Assembly (NCBI GenBank): GCA_041640595.1
Contig: JBEPZY010000002.1
Coordinates: 50,884-114,883 of the forward strand
DNA: 64,000 nucleotides
Source of the DNA: Gemmatales bacterium
GTDB lineage: Bacteria; Planctomycetota; Planctomycetia; Gemmatales; HRBIN36
Direction: 5' to 3'
Shown: one piece after another, positions 1-11,751 of the stretch
Layout of the letters: every line of letters starts with the position of its first letter
How positions within the stretch are numbered: position 1 is the stretch's first letter
Program-made: the position numbers and the translations under genes
Notes under the pieces: model-generated
Databases searched by the model: none
Seen by the model: only the letters and a program-made list of their open reading frames with translations
Told to the model about the DNA's origin: nothing

Positions 1-3000
1 GGTTCGACCACGATGTCGGGAACCACCCCCGCTTTTTCCATGTTGATTCCCTGCGGTGTGTACACACCGAGTCGGGGCACGCGGAAAAACGAGCCATCAA
101 TCAGCCGTTCGTTCACCGTGCCAATGACCAGTCCGCCGGTTGGTACGCCGACCAGTTTCCCCAGCCCCAGTTCGCGGAAAGCATTGGGGAAAATCTCGGC
201 ATCGCTGAAGGAACGGTTATTACACAGCACAACCACCGGCTTGGTCCACTTGCGATCGTAGGAGCGAAGCACCGTGCCATACTGACCCTCGCGGCTGACG
301 AAGTAAGTGTGTTCTTTGCCCCCTAAAAAGGAAAGCACCTGATCGTGGGTAAACCCGCCACCGTTGAATCGCACATCGAGGATCAGCCCATCCTTGTCGA
401 AATGCTCCGAGTAAAGCGCTCGCACAAACTCGTCCAGGCTCTCGAAATCCATGGCGCGGAGGTGAATGTAACCGAGGCGGCCATTGGAAAGCTCGGCAAC
501 CATGCGTTCATTGCGGGCGACCCAGTGGCGGTAATAGAGCCGAGCCGCTTCCGATCGCCGGATAGGACGAATCTCAACGATACGCGAATCACGACCGTCG
601 GGAAAGCGGCTGACCTGCAGGCGGAGGGGTTCGCCAGCCTTGTCGTTGAGAAGTCGGCTGAGGTTGGTCTGGTCGGTGAGCCGTTCTTCGTCTATTGCCA
701 CCACATACTCGCCGGGATGCAACTCGATTCCCTTGCGATCGGCCGGGCCGCCTTTGAGTATTTCGCGCACTCGCAAGGCCGGGCCGGGATAATTCTCGTC
801 CCACAGGATACCCAGTTCGGCGGTCTGTTCTTCGGGGCTACGGTTCTGGCCACCGATGCCCAGATGGGAGGCGTTCAGTTCACCGAGCATGAGACTGACT
901 AGGTCGTAAAAATCTTCGACACACGCAATGTGGGGCAAAAGGGCACTGTATTTCGCACGCACCGCTTCCCAATCGGCCCCGTGCAGCCGCGGATCGTAGA
1001 AGGAGTGCCGCAGCTTCCGCCAGCCTTCCGCGAACATTTCCTGAAACAGGGCCGGTCGTTCGATCCGCAATCGCGCCTCGAAGCGGAGCCTGGCGGGAGT
1101 TTCAGCCGTCGGTGCGGTTCCTGGCGTGAGATTCGGACGAACGCTGCGCAGGGCACCGAATTCGTCCAGAAACAGGAGCGCTCCCGAACGAGTCCAGGTG
1201 ATTTGCCGCGGTCGTACATTGCCGACCGTCAGGCGGAAAACCTGTTCGCCAGTTACACTCGCCAGCCAAAGATCATCGCCTCCCAGGGCATTGGAACGAA
1301 AAGCGACGTAACGACCATCGGGGCGGATCACCGCTTCCGATTCGTCGCTGCTCATGGCCGTCACTCGCCGCACACGCAGATGAATGTCGTCCAGATCGAT
1401 TGGCAGGCGTTGCTGGCCAGGCTTACTGCCGGGCGAAGCTGAAGGTTTCGACGGACTGGTCGCCTGGCTGCTTTCGCCAGCCGGTTTCTGCAACTGCATC
1501 ACAAACACGTCCAGGTCCTGCCGACGCTGACTGATGAAGCAGAGCAGTCGGCCATCCTGACTCCACGAGACGCCGAAATTGCGGGTGGCATAGCGCGTGA
1601 TGTTGACCGGTTGGCCACCGCTGGCCGGGATCAGATACAGCTCGCTGGCGAAATGGGAGTCCATCCGCGAATAGACAATCCAGGAACCATCCGGCGACCA
1701 GCTATACTCGATGACACGCGGTTGTGCGACCAGCGGTTTGGCGTCGGAACCATCCCGATTCATCACCCAGAGCGTTCCCTGACGCAACACCGCCAGTTTC
1801 TTGCCATCGGGCGAGAAAGAAAGACCCGATTCCGGTCCCGCGTGGTGTGTCACTCGGCGAATGCGATACTGCCGGGCCTGACCGAGTTCAGCACCGGGCG
1901 GCTCAGCGGATTCGACCAGGTAAACGTTTTCCTCACCGTCGCGGTCGGAGATAAAAGCGAGAGCCTTGTTATCCGGCGACCAGACCGGCTCTCGATCGTG
2001 AGCCGGGCTGTTGCTGACATTTCGCGCCTTGCCCCCGCTGGCCGGCACCAGGAAAATTTCCCCGTGCACCACGATGGCCAGGTGTTGTTCGTTCGGCGCC
2101 AGGGCGTATTCGGTAACTCCCTGGGTGAAAGTGCGATAGATGTCGGGATTGCTGGCCAGATCAGCCCGCGCCACGATGGGTATCCGCTGCGGTTGGGCAT
2201 GGACCTCGCTTACATGCAGCCGGTACAGCTCGAAGCCGCACTCGTAAACAATCCATTCCCCATTGCGGGAAATGCGTGCCCGGCGCACGCCTTCCTGCGT
2301 GTGATGCGTAATTTGCACCGGCAATCCCGTGCCATCGGCAGCGCGACGGAAAATATTGCTGACACCGTTTTCCTCCGACACGAAATAAATCCACCGGCCA
2401 TCCGCCGACCACATCGGCGATCCGTCCTGACCGTTGAAACTGGTCAGCCGGCGATGATGCGTGCCATCGGCGCGGCAAACCCAGATGTCATCGTTGGCCG
2501 AGCCTCGATATCCTTTGCGATACCATAGTCCGGGCCCGCGGATGTAAGCGAGTTCCAGACCGTCCGGGCGAAAGACACCGTCGCGGCCTTCGTCGAGCGG
2601 GAGTCGGCGTTCGCGGCCACCTTCGACCGGCACCAGATACATTTCCGGTAACGGCGGGAACTGCGGCGTGCGACGCGTGGAAAAAAGGATATATCGCCCA
2701 TCCGGCGTCCAGTCGTTGACCAGTTCGTTTGCGGAATCGAAGGTGAGTCGCCTGGGCGGACCACCTTCCACACTGACCACGAATACATCGTAACTGCCGT
2801 AGCGATTCGAACTGAACGCCAGCCAGCGGCCATCCGGGCTGAACACCGGATTGATCTCGTGCGCCTCGTGAGTCGTGATTTGCCGCGCCACACCTCCTTC
2901 CGCCGAGACTATCCAGATGTCGCCCAGATAACTGAACGCCACCCAGCGACCGTCCGGCGAAACATCCGGCGTCCGCGCAAAGCGAACGGTACCCGGCGAC

Positions 3001-3095
3001 GCTTCCTGCGCACGAATCGCCTGAATTCCCCACAACCACACCAGCATTACCAGCGCATTCAGCAGCATCGCGCGCAACAACTTCTGATGGCACAT
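1..3095 (-). CDS. Tricorn-protease-like S41 peptidase (signal peptide, PD40/TolB-like propellers, PDZ, S41 domain); 3' end runs off the window
   Basis: Not in the ORF track because there is no stop in the window. Manual translation from ATG 3095 gives MCHQKLLRAMLLNALVMLVWLWGIQAIRAQ...RTPDVSPDGRWVAFSYLGDIW. The same frame near position 1 has DVRFNGGGF, SFSDAEIFPNAFRELGLGKLVG and GINMEKAGVVPDIVVE. Confidence 0.9.
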   Translation of the reverse strand, partial: MCHQKLLRAMLLNALVMLVWLWGIQAIRAQEASPGTVRFARTPDVSPDGRWVAFSYLGDIWIVSAEGGVARQITTHEAHEINPVFSPDGRWLAFSSNRYGSYDVFVVSVEGGPPRRLTFDSANELVNDWTPDGRYILFSTRRTPQFPPLPEMYLVPVEGGRERRLPLDEGRDGVFRPDGLELAYIRGPGLWYRKGYRGSANDDIWVCRADGTHHRRLTSFNGQDGSPMWSADGRWIYFVSEENGVSNIFRRAADGTGLPVQITHHTQEGVRRARISRNGEWIVYECGFELYRLHVSEVHAQPQRIPIVARADLASNPDIYRTFTQGVTEYALAPNEQHLAIVVHGEIFLVPASGGKARNVSNSPAHDREPVWSPDNKALAFISDRDGEENVYLVESAEPPGAELGQARQYRIRRVTHHAGPESGLSFSPDGKKLAVLRQGTLWVMNRDGSDAKPLVAQPRVIEYSWSPDGSWIVYSRMDSHFASELYLIPASGGQPVNITRYATRNFGVSWSQDGRLLCFISQRRQDLDVFVMQLQKPAGESSQATSPSKPSASPGSKPGQQRLPIDLDDIHLRVRRVTAMSSDESEAVIRPDGRYVAFRSNALGGDDLWLASVTGEQVFRLTVGNVRPRQITWTRSGALLFLDEFGALRSVRPNLTPGTAPTAETPARLRFEARLRIERPALFQEMFAEGWRKLRHSFYDPRLHGADWEAVRAKYSALLPHIACVEDFYDLVSLMLGELNASHLGIGGQNRSPEEQTAELGILWDENYPGPALRVREILKGGPADRKGIELHPGEYVVAIDEERLTDQTNLSRLLNDKAGEPLRLQVSRFPDGRDSRIVEIRPIRRSEAARLYYRHWVARNERMVAELSNGRLGYIHLRAMDFESLDEFVRALYSEHFDKDGLILDVRFNGGGFTHDQVLSFLGGKEHTYFVSREGQYGTVLRSYDRKWTKPVVVLCNNRSFSDAEIFPNAFRELGLGKLVGVPTGGLVIGTVNERLIDGSFFRVPRLGVYTPQGINMEKAGVVPDIVVE

Positions 3096-3375
3096 GGCTA
3101 AGTCCCCGTGGTGCAGTTTCGCAATCGTAACGATTCCCCGTTGGTCAGGCTGGCCTTTGCCATGCTGGCACCCGACGCTTCTAAATTAGCAGACGACTGC
3201 TGGCGTGTCCAAGTCACAAACGCCCGGCTCCAGGGCTGCACCGCCACCGAGGTAACGGCAACTTCCCGCAAGAGGCCCGATGCAAGCTGCAAACACCGGA
3301 TCGAGAGCAGCACCGAATCCGCGACGGCCGTGCGCCGAGGGCATATTCGGAAGCGGCGCACCAGGCGAGTAAGTC

Positions 3376-4757
3376 TTGCTCTTTGCGATGCACGAACGCA
3401 TGTGCACCAGGAGCGGGGGGCGTCAGCCCCCCGTGGTTCACGGTAACGCACGTGCAAGGGCGTGGCGCAATTGTTCGGGGGACATCCGACCCATACACTG
3501 GCGAGCGCCAGCGCAGTTACGGTACCACATCCACTGCGGGCTGACGCCCGCCGCTCTTCCGTCCGAACGCGAACGTTTGCCGGCGAAATTGCGACTTTTG
3601 CGATGCACGAACGCACATGCACCAGGAGCGGGGGGCGTCAGCCCCCCGTGGTTCACGGCAACGCACGTGCAACGGCATTCGCGCCAATGTCGGTGCGATT
3701 GCCGACCGTGCATCAGCGGACTCCGACGCAGTCGTGGTGCTACATCTTCGACAACACCCACGGCGGGCTGACGCGCGGCGCTCTTGCGCCGGGCGAATCG
3801 GCGCCTGCTTGTGCGTGGCGATTTCCCTTGCACGCGCGTTCTCCTAACCACTGCGGGCTGACGCCCGCCGCTCTTGCGTCGGAATGCGAACGTTTGCCGG
3901 CGAAATTGCGACTTTTGCCATGCACGAACGCACATGCACCAGGAGCGGGGGGCGTCAGCCCCCCGTGGCTCGCGGAACCGCACGTGCAAGGGAGTGCGAC
4001 TTTTGCGATGGACGAACGCATGTGCACAGGAGCGGGGGGCGTCAGCCCCCCGTGGCTCGCGGCAACGCATCTGCAGCGGCGTGGCGCAATTGTTCGGGGG
4101 ACATCCGACCCATACACTGGCGAGCGCCAGCGCAGTTACGGTACCACATCCACTGCGGGCTGACGCCCGCCGCTCTTGTGTCGGAATGCGAACGTTTGCC
4201 GGCGAAATTGCCACTTTTGCGATGCACGAACGCACATGCACCAGGAGCGGGGGGCGTCAGCCCCCCGTGGCTCGCGGCAACGCACGTGCAACGGCGTTCG
4301 CGCCAATGTCGGTGCGATTGCCGACCGTGCATCAGCGGACTCCGACGCAGTCGTGGTGCTACATCTTCGACAACACCCACGGCGGGCTGACGCGCGGCGC
4401 TCTTGCGCCGGGCGAATCGGCGCCTGCTTGTGCGTGGCGATTTCCCTTGCACGCGCGTTCTCCTAACCACTGCGGGCTGACGCCCGCCGCTCTTCCGTCC
4501 GAACGCGAACGTTTGCCGGCGAAATTGCCACTTTTGCGATGGACGAACGCACATGCACCAGGAGCGGGGGGCGTCAGCCCCTCGTGGTTCACGGCAACGC
4601 ATCTGCAGCGGCGTGGCGCAATTGTTCGGGGGACATCCGACCCACACACTGGCGAGCGCCAGCGCAGTTACGGTACCACATCCACGGCGGGCTCACGCCC
4701 GCCGCTCTTGCGTCGGAATGCGAACGTTTGCCGGCGAAATTGCGACTTTTGCGATGC
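3376..4757. repeat. REP/BIME-like mosaic palindromic array 1
   Basis: About 13 copies of CCACGGCGGGCTGACGCCCGCCGCTC or its inverse GAGCGGGGGGCGTCAGCCCCCCGTGG. Spacer modules recur, e.g. a block near 3650-3870 repeats 619 bp downstream. Confidence 0.9.
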
Positions 4758-4863
4758 AAGAATGCACGGTGAACAGAAGCGGGGCGCAAACGCATAGTGG
4801 TGGTTGCCGCGGTGTCTATTGCGGTAAATTGCCTGGTGTCGAGGAGTATTTCGAGCGGGGGTG

Positions 4864-7800
4864 TCAGCTATCCGACTGCGAAGCCAGTTGGAGGAACTCC
4901 TGAAAATCGGCACGCGAGCGGATAGGCTGAAGGCGTGTCGCCGTTCGGAGCCGACGCAGGAACTGTGCCCGCTCGGCTGGAGCGTTTTCTAGTTTTTTCC
5001 AGGCTTGCTGCACGATAGCGACTGCCGTTGCACCGAGCCGTTCAAGCATGTCGTCCACCGTGGTGTCGGGAGAAGAGTGACTGGCCAGCCAGGTAATGGC
5101 GTTGGCTAAGGCGGTGGCAGCGGCGTAAGCATCTTCAGACGGATCAAATCCCAGAGCAGCGAGGCGCTGGGCTGTCGAACATGCGGACTCGACTTGGTGA
5201 CCGGCGGCCTGGTAAACGACCAGCGTGCTGAGGTATCGCCGATAGTCCTGGCGATAGAGCCTGTCCCGTGGCTGGGCATCCAGAGCGGATTCTAACAGTC
5301 GTTGCGCTGCATCCAGCTGCTCACGGATAGAGGCCAAATCCGAACGGCTTTCCAGGAACTGCTCGGCCTGCAGGGTATGCAAGTAACCCAGCCAGTGCCG
5401 GTAGTTGACTTCGTAGGGCAAACGCTGGTAGAGGGCGGTGACCAGTTCCTGGGCCCGTTGGAGGTGGAGCAATGCTGCGGTCGGCTTTTTTGGGCCGCCA
5501 GAATGCGTCCGAGGCGCTCTTCGGCCCGGGCCAAGTCCTCCTGCACTGTCGGCCAGCTGGGAAACCTGTTCGCCAGCTCCTGGTAAATCTGATGGGAGCG
5601 GCGAAAGAAATCCTCGGCCTCCTTATAGCGACGGGCACTGGCTAAACGATTGCCTTTGAGGGCATATCCCGAAGCCAGTTCGCGGGCGTATTCTGGAAGG
5701 TGAGGAAAATGCTGCGCGAGCTTTTGGCGGATCGTCAGCGCTTCGTCGAGCAAGGCATCGCTCTGGCGAGTGTTGCCATTCTGCCGATGCCAGCTACTGT
5801 AGCGGAGCAAGGCAGAGGCGAGCGAATCCTGGTAACGTGGCGCTGCGGGAAACTCTGCGGCCAGCCGGCGATAAATGGCCACGGAATTCGCGAAAGCGCG
5901 GTCGGCATCGGTCTGTCTGCCCAGACGCTGCCAGCAACGTGCCAGCAGAATTTCCGCCTCGGCCAAGTTCGACTGTGCGAGGGGATTGTTGGGCTGATTG
6001 GCGAGCAAACGCTGAGCCAGATTTCGCGCAGTCTGCGCCAGGTGCTCGGCTTCAATGAAGCGGCCAGTTTCCAGGAACCGTTCGCTGAGCTCGACCAACA
6101 AATGGAAATATCGGCGGGTGGCACCAGTCGCGTTTGGCTGCTGCGCCAGGTGCCGCTCGCAGGCGTCTATGCCGTCCAGGAACGCTAATTCAGCTAACTG
6201 GGGCTTGCCCTGGATATCCAGCAATTGTCCGACGGCCTGGCAACTGTAGGCCCAGGCATCGAGCAGTTCAGGACTGAGCGGCTCGGTCTGCACCAGGGAC
6301 TGGCGCAACTTCCAGCAACGCAGGTGGGTCTCCAGAGCCTCGTGGAATCGGTATTGCGCGCGATACACGTAACCCAGCACCAGCCAGACGCGCGACAGCC
6401 CCAGGGCGTAGTTGCGATTGCCGCTATCCTGCCGGAGCAGAGATTCCCATTCGTGAGCGGCACTCCGCAGGTACGTTTCAGCAGCAGCGAGTTGCTTCAG
6501 TCGGTAATTCAGGATACTCAGGCGCAAGTAGCCCTCAGCACGCAAGGAACAACTGGCCGGGTCTTCGCCATGCACCCGCGCCAGCGCTTGAAAATGCTGG
6601 GCCAGCCGTTCCAGAAAAGCCTGGTCCTGTTCGTTCCATTGCGCGGCCCGCAGCACGAAACTTTCCAGGGTGTCGTCGGTGAGATCACGCAGGACCCGCA
6701 ATACCTCCTCGCGGGCCCGACGCTCCTGGTGACGCGCCAGTTGTTCGGCGTGTCGGGCCTGTTGTTCGGCTAACAGAGCTTGTTCGGCACGGAGGCGATG
6801 ATACTCTGCCTGTTCCTGCCGCTGTTGTGCTTCGAGGCGGGCCTGATGCTCGGCACGAGCAGATTCGCGTGCCCGTTGCCAGGCCACACCGACCAGCACC
6901 GTGCTCAGGCCGAGCACCAGGATTACTGCCAGACTCCAGATCAGCGACTGCCGACGACGCTTGCGTTCTTCCACCTCGCGGATGGCGGCTTCGGTTCGTT
7001 CGCGTTCTGCACGCTGCGCCCGCTCTTCGGCCGCCTGCCGCAACTGCGCTACAATCCGAGCCAGCACTTCCGCATCGGAAAAGCGTTCCTCGGGAGCGAA
7101 ATTCAGGCACTTCTTGCAAAGCTCCACCCATTCCGGACTCACAGGAGCCTGGGCTAATCGTTGCAGCGCGGGTTGGATTTGCCAGCAACACGCCTGTAAG
7201 CGGACTTCATGGGCCGTGGTGCCCACATAAGGAGGTTGACCGGTCAGAATTTCACAAAGAATGGCTCCCAGGCCGAAAACGTCGCTGCGGGGATCAAGTT
7301 TATCCACTTCGCCGGCGGCCTGTTCGGGAGGCATATAAGAGGGTGTCCCCAGTACAGTGCCGGTTTCCGTGCGGATGGCACTGCCCCAGTCGGAAGTTTC
7401 CTCGGAGGACATCCCGTCGAACTGGACCGTTTCTTCGACCGCCGATGCAGCTGGCACAGTTTCCCCATTACTCAACCGATACTGGAAACATTTAGCCAGG
7501 CCCCAGTCCATCACCTGCACCTCCCCGTGGGCACCGACCATGATGTTGGACGGTTTCAGGTCACGGTGGATGTAACCTTGACTATGTGCGTAACCCACGG
7601 TCTGACAGACTTGCTCGAATATTCCCAGCAGCTGACCTAGTTTGTCAAGGCAAGGCAGACCAGGCCGGCCACCGGTTGTTCACAGATCGGCCAGGATGTC
7701 TTTGAGGCTGCGACCCTCCACCACACGCATCACGATGTAAGGCAAACCTTGTTCCAGGAAACCCAGATCGTGGACACTGGGGACACCGGGATGATCCAGC

Positions 7801-8024
7801 CGGGCGGTTATCTGAGCCTCCAGCAGGAACCGTTCCCAGGCGCCAGGACGCGAAGCCCGATCCGCGCGGAGTAGCTTGACCGCAACGCTGCGCCTCAACT
7901 GGGTATCCTCCGCGAGCCAGACCTGGCTCTGTCCGCCCACACCGAGTATCCGCAACAACCGATAACGCCCCGCGATCAAATCACCGACCTCGAACGACGG
8001 TAGCTCTTTGCTGTCGTCTGGCAT
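4864..8024 (-). pseudogene. Ser/Thr protein kinase with C-terminal TPR-like repeats, disrupted by an in-frame TGA and a frameshift
   Basis: Kinase N-lobe (LGVGGQSQVW, VAVK) in 7680..8024 continues in the same frame past TGA 7680-7682 (DILADL*TTGG...GIFEQVCQTVGYAHSQGYIHRDLKPSN, MDWG, GTPSYMPPEQ). The TPR-like tail switches frame at an A6 run (5486-5491) into ORF 4864..5472. Confidence 0.85.
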
Positions 8025-8257
8025 GATCTTGTCTCTCCACGCTGCAGTTCACTCGGCAGCAAGCACAAGCCCGCCATGCGTCCCCAAAAGTGCCGGAAGC
8101 GCACGCTTCACCTGAACATGCGACCCCAGATCATCCTATCAGCACTCCGTGGTACGCGGAAACACATTGCCAACGAGGTTTAACTTTTGCGACGCACCAA
8201 CGCCCATGCGCCAGGTAACCGTCTTTCCGGAATTCGAACTTCCCGTCGGGCGTTTGA

Positions 8258-9800
8258 CTTTTGCGATGGACGAACGCACATGCACAGGAGCGGGGGGCGT
8301 CAGCCCCCCGTGGTTCACGGCAACGCACGTGCAGCGGCGTGGCGCAATTGTTCGCGGGACATCCGACCCACACACTGGCGAGCGCCAGCGCAGTTACGGT
8401 ATCACCACACCCACGGCGGGCTGACGCCCGCCGCTCTTGCGTTGGGCGAATCGCTGCCTGCTGGTGCGTTGCGATTTCTTTTGCACGCGCGTTTTCCTAA
8501 CCACGGCGGGCTCACGCCCGCCGCTCTTGTGTTGGAATGCGAACGTTTGCCGGCGAAATTGCGACTTTTGCGATGCACGAACGTACATGCATCAGGAGCG
8601 GGGGGCGTCAGCCTCCCGCGGTTCGCGGCAACGCACTTGCAAGGGCTTCGCGCCAATGTCGGTGCGATTGCCGACCGTGCATCAGCGGACTCCGATGCAG
8701 TCGCGGTGCTACATCCTCGACAACATCCACGGCAGGCTCACGCCCGCCGCTCTTGCGTCGGAATGCGAACGTTTGCCGGCGAAGTTGCGACTTTTGCGAT
8801 GCACGAACGCACATGCACCAGGAGCGGGGGGCGTCAGCCCCCCGTGGCTCGCAGTAACGCACGTGCAGCGGCGTGGCGCAATTGTTCAGGAGACATCCGA
8901 CCCACACACTGGCGAGCGCCAGCGCAGTTACGGTACCACATCCACTGCGGGCTGACGCGCGGCGCTCTTGCGTCGGAATGCGAACGTTTGCCGGCGAAAT
9001 TGCGACTTTTGCGATGCACGAACGCGTGTGCACCAGGAGCGGGGGGCGTCAGCCCCCCGTGGTTCACGGCAACGCACGTGCAAGGGCTTCGCGTCACGGT
9101 CAGCGCGATTGCCGACCGTGCATCAGCGGACCCCGACGCAGTCGCGGTGCTACATCCTCGACAACATTCACGGCGGGCTGACGCGCGGCGCTCTTGGCTG
9201 GGCGAATCGCCGCCTGCTTGCGCATGGCGATTTCTTTTGCACGCGCGTTCTCCTAACCACGGCGGGCTGACGCCCGCCGCTCTTGCGTCGGAATGCGAAC
9301 GTTTGCCGGCGAAATTGCCACTTTTGCGATGGACGAACGCATGTGCACCAGGAGCGGGGGGCGTCAGCCCCCCGTGGTTCACGGTAACGCACGTGCAAGG
9401 GCGTTCGCGTCACGGTCAGCGCGACTGCCGACCGTGCATCAGCGAACTCCCACGCAGTCGCGGTGCTACATCCTCGACAACATTCCCGGCGGGCTCACGC
9501 CCGCCGCTCTTGTGTCGGAATGCGAACGTTTGCCGGCGAAATTGCGACTTTTGCGATGGACGAACGCACGTGCACAGGAGCGGGGGGCGTCAGCCCCCCG
9601 TGGTTCACGGTAACGCACTTGCAAGGGCGTGGCGCAATTGTTCGGGGGACATCCGACTGACGCGCTGTCGAGCGCCAGCGCAGTCACGGTACAGCCACAC
9701 CCACGGCGGGCTCACGCCCGCCGCTCTTGTCTCCGGCGAATCGCCGCCTGCTTGTGCGTGGCGATTTCTTTTGCACGCGCGTTCTCGGAACCACGGCGGG
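8258..9800. repeat. REP/BIME-like mosaic palindromic array 2
   Basis: About 15 copies of the same palindrome, with the same spacer modules and orientation as array 1. Confidence 0.9.
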
Positions 9801-10061
9801 CCGAGATGCGGAGCTCGCGATGCAGTTCGTTCACGGTGGGTAGTCGCAGTGCTCTGCCAGCGTGATTGTCGCAAGCCTGCGGCAGACCGACGCGCGCTGC
9901 TTGTCTCGCAGGGATCGGGGCCTGCTTGTGCGTTGCGATTTCCCTTGCCGGTGCGTTCGTTTGAACCCGGTTCCGCAAACACGCTATTGTGTACCGCAGA
10001 AGTCGCCTTTTCTCCCGCGACCGAATGATGTGCACCAGGGCCGCGGTTTTCGGTCAACGGC

Positions 10062-10838
10062 TCAAGCGTCGCCCCGAACACTGAAGTCGCGCTCAAGCAT
10101 CTCGAGATGGCGGTAATCGGTCAGGTCGAAATGCAACGGGGTAATAGTGATGTAGCCTTCGGCCAGGGCGGTGACATCCGTGTCGGGCGTGGTTTGTAAT
10201 GGCACCAGTTCGGGCATGCTCCAGAAATAGACCCGTCCACGCGGATCGGTGCGGCGCTGGAATTGTTCACGGTAACGCACAATGCCCTGGGGAACGACGC
10301 GCACACCTTTGGGCGGCCCGGCATCGAGACTGGGAATGTTGATGTTGAACAGCCGACCACTGCCACGATATTTCTCCAGCAGTTGCACGATCAGCCGCCT
10401 CGCCCATCGGGCCGCTTCGGCAAAGTCCAGGTGCACCGGATCGCGGTATTCCAAAGAGACGGCAATGCTGGTGATGCCGAAGAATGCTCCCTCGATTGCC
10501 GCCGCGACTGTGCCTGAATACAGCACGTTGATGCCGACGTTGGAACCGGCATTGATGCCGCTGACGATCAGGTCGGGAGTTTCGTCGAGGAGTTCGACAA
10601 GGGCGAGTTTGACACAGTCGGCCGGTTTACCTTCCACCGCCCAGCCCAGCAGCGAACCATCCACATCGTGAACGGGCTGGACAATCAGCGGGGTCAGGAG
10701 CGTGATGGAATGGCCGACGGCACTCTGTTCCGTGGCCGGCGCCACGACACTCACTCGACCCAGACTCAACAACTCCTGGCGTAACGCTCGCAGGCCCGGT
10801 GCATAGATGCCGTCGTCGTTGGTCAGGAGAATCTGCAT
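10062..10838 (-). CDS. surE: 5'/3'-nucleotidase SurE
   Basis: MQILLTNDDGIYAPG, VAPATEQS, GKPADCV, SGINAGSNVG...YSGTVAAAIEG, GYITITPL. Confidence 0.96.
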   Translation of the reverse strand: MQILLTNDDGIYAPGLRALRQELLSLGRVSVVAPATEQSAVGHSITLLTPLIVQPVHDVDGSLLGWAVEGKPADCVKLALVELLDETPDLIVSGINAGSNVGINVLYSGTVAAAIEGAFFGITSIAVSLEYRDPVHLDFAEAARWARRLIVQLLEKYRGSGRLFNINIPSLDAGPPKGVRVVPQGIVRYREQFQRRTDPRGRVYFWSMPELVPLQTTPDTDVTALAEGYITITPLHFDLTDYRHLEMLERDFSVRGDA

Positions 10839-10891
10839 GGTTGTCTCTGGTGATGAGGCCGGTGGTCGCAACCGTCGGGGCTGCGGCGTGG

Positions 10892-11722
10892 TCAGGGTTT
10901 GGGCTTGCGGGTATCGGGCGGCAATTGCAAATCCTGGGCGGTCACCTCACACGGGGCACCTTCCGCGGGTACTTCCAGGTGGGCAGTCCACAGAATGCCG
11001 TTGACCAGCAGGCGTCGAAACGCTTTTTCGCCGAAATTGGCGTGGAAATGTCCGAGCACACAACCGAAACTGCGTCCTCCGTTGTTGCGTTCATACACCC
11101 AGCCCACCACATGTTTTTGCCCGTCGAGTTCTACGGTGAGCACCGGGCGAATCTTCGGCGAAAACTTCAAGTGCAGGTAATACTCATCGCGGAGCTCGAA
11201 CGGTTGCCAGCCACGGGCAATCGGATGCTGCGGGTCGGCCTGTTGCAATTTGGTAGTGCGGATGGCAAGTTTGCTGAATTTGGTGTGGAACCAGCCCCCG
11301 AGAATTTCCAGCCAATCCTCGCCGACTTCCGGACTGGCACCGGTGCTCCAGTGGATAGCGGTCAGCCCGACGCCCTGGTTCAGCAGGCTTTCCACCTGTT
11401 TGCGTTGCGGGCCACGCAGCAACACGTCGCCACCGTTAGCCGTATAAAGCACCACTGCCCGCACGCCCTGCCACTGCGCTTCGTCTTTGGGCCAGCCGTT
11501 GGACACGGTGGCTCGCACACCGGGCGTCTGCTCCAAACATTTCGCCAGCACCTGGCAGTCGGTCATGTACTCATGCGTGCCGAACGGATGGTCGCGATCC
11601 TTGCCAATGAGCAGGATGCGCACGCCCGGCGAAGGTTTGTCCGCAGCGGGAAGATTCGCACCCAAGGTCAGCAGCCCGACCAGCAAAACCGCACAGCTTC
11701 CGAGGCACAGCCACCAGCGCAT
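10892..11722 (-). CDS. Secreted ThuA-like domain protein (class I glutamine amidotransferase-like fold)
   Basis: Signal peptide MRWWLCLGSCAVLLVGLL; DHPFGTHEY, GLTAIHWST, HPIARGWQPFELRDEYY, GGRSFGCVLGH. Confidence 0.8.
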   Translation of the reverse strand: MRWWLCLGSCAVLLVGLLTLGANLPAADKPSPGVRILLIGKDRDHPFGTHEYMTDCQVLAKCLEQTPGVRATVSNGWPKDEAQWQGVRAVVLYTANGGDVLLRGPQRKQVESLLNQGVGLTAIHWSTGASPEVGEDWLEILGGWFHTKFSKLAIRTTKLQQADPQHPIARGWQPFELRDEYYLHLKFSPKIRPVLTVELDGQKHVVGWVYERNNGGRSFGCVLGHFHANFGEKAFRRLLVNGILWTAHLEVPAEGAPCEVTAQDLQLPPDTRKPKP

Positions 11723-11751
11723 AAGTTTCCCCCGATTGCTCCGATGCAAGA

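Noticed and set aside
345..2528. Plus-strand ORFs 345..902, 930..1442 and 1611..2528, and other long antisense ORFs (13498..14751, 20064..21125, 36585..37679, 60112..61086)
   Set aside because: Shadow ORFs opposite well-supported genes
3376..4757. REP arrays as CRISPR arrays
   Set aside because: Repeats occur in both orientations, spacers recur instead of being unique, spacing is irregular, and there are no cas genes
5486..5491. A-AAA-AAG as a dnaX-type programmed -1 frameshift
   Set aside because: The zero frame reads CAA AAA AGC, so the heptamer is not in the required phase
7680..7682. In-frame TGA as selenocysteine or programmed read-through
   Set aside because: The site is a variable non-catalytic loop, only a weak hairpin follows, and the gene has a second lesion; other genes here use TGA as a stop
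8187..10028. 613-aa ORF, and the many similar ORFs in all REP arrays (HGGLTPAAL, RSGGRQPPV peptides)
   Set aside because: These are translations of GC-rich palindromic repeats, open in several frames on both strands, with no RBS or domain signal
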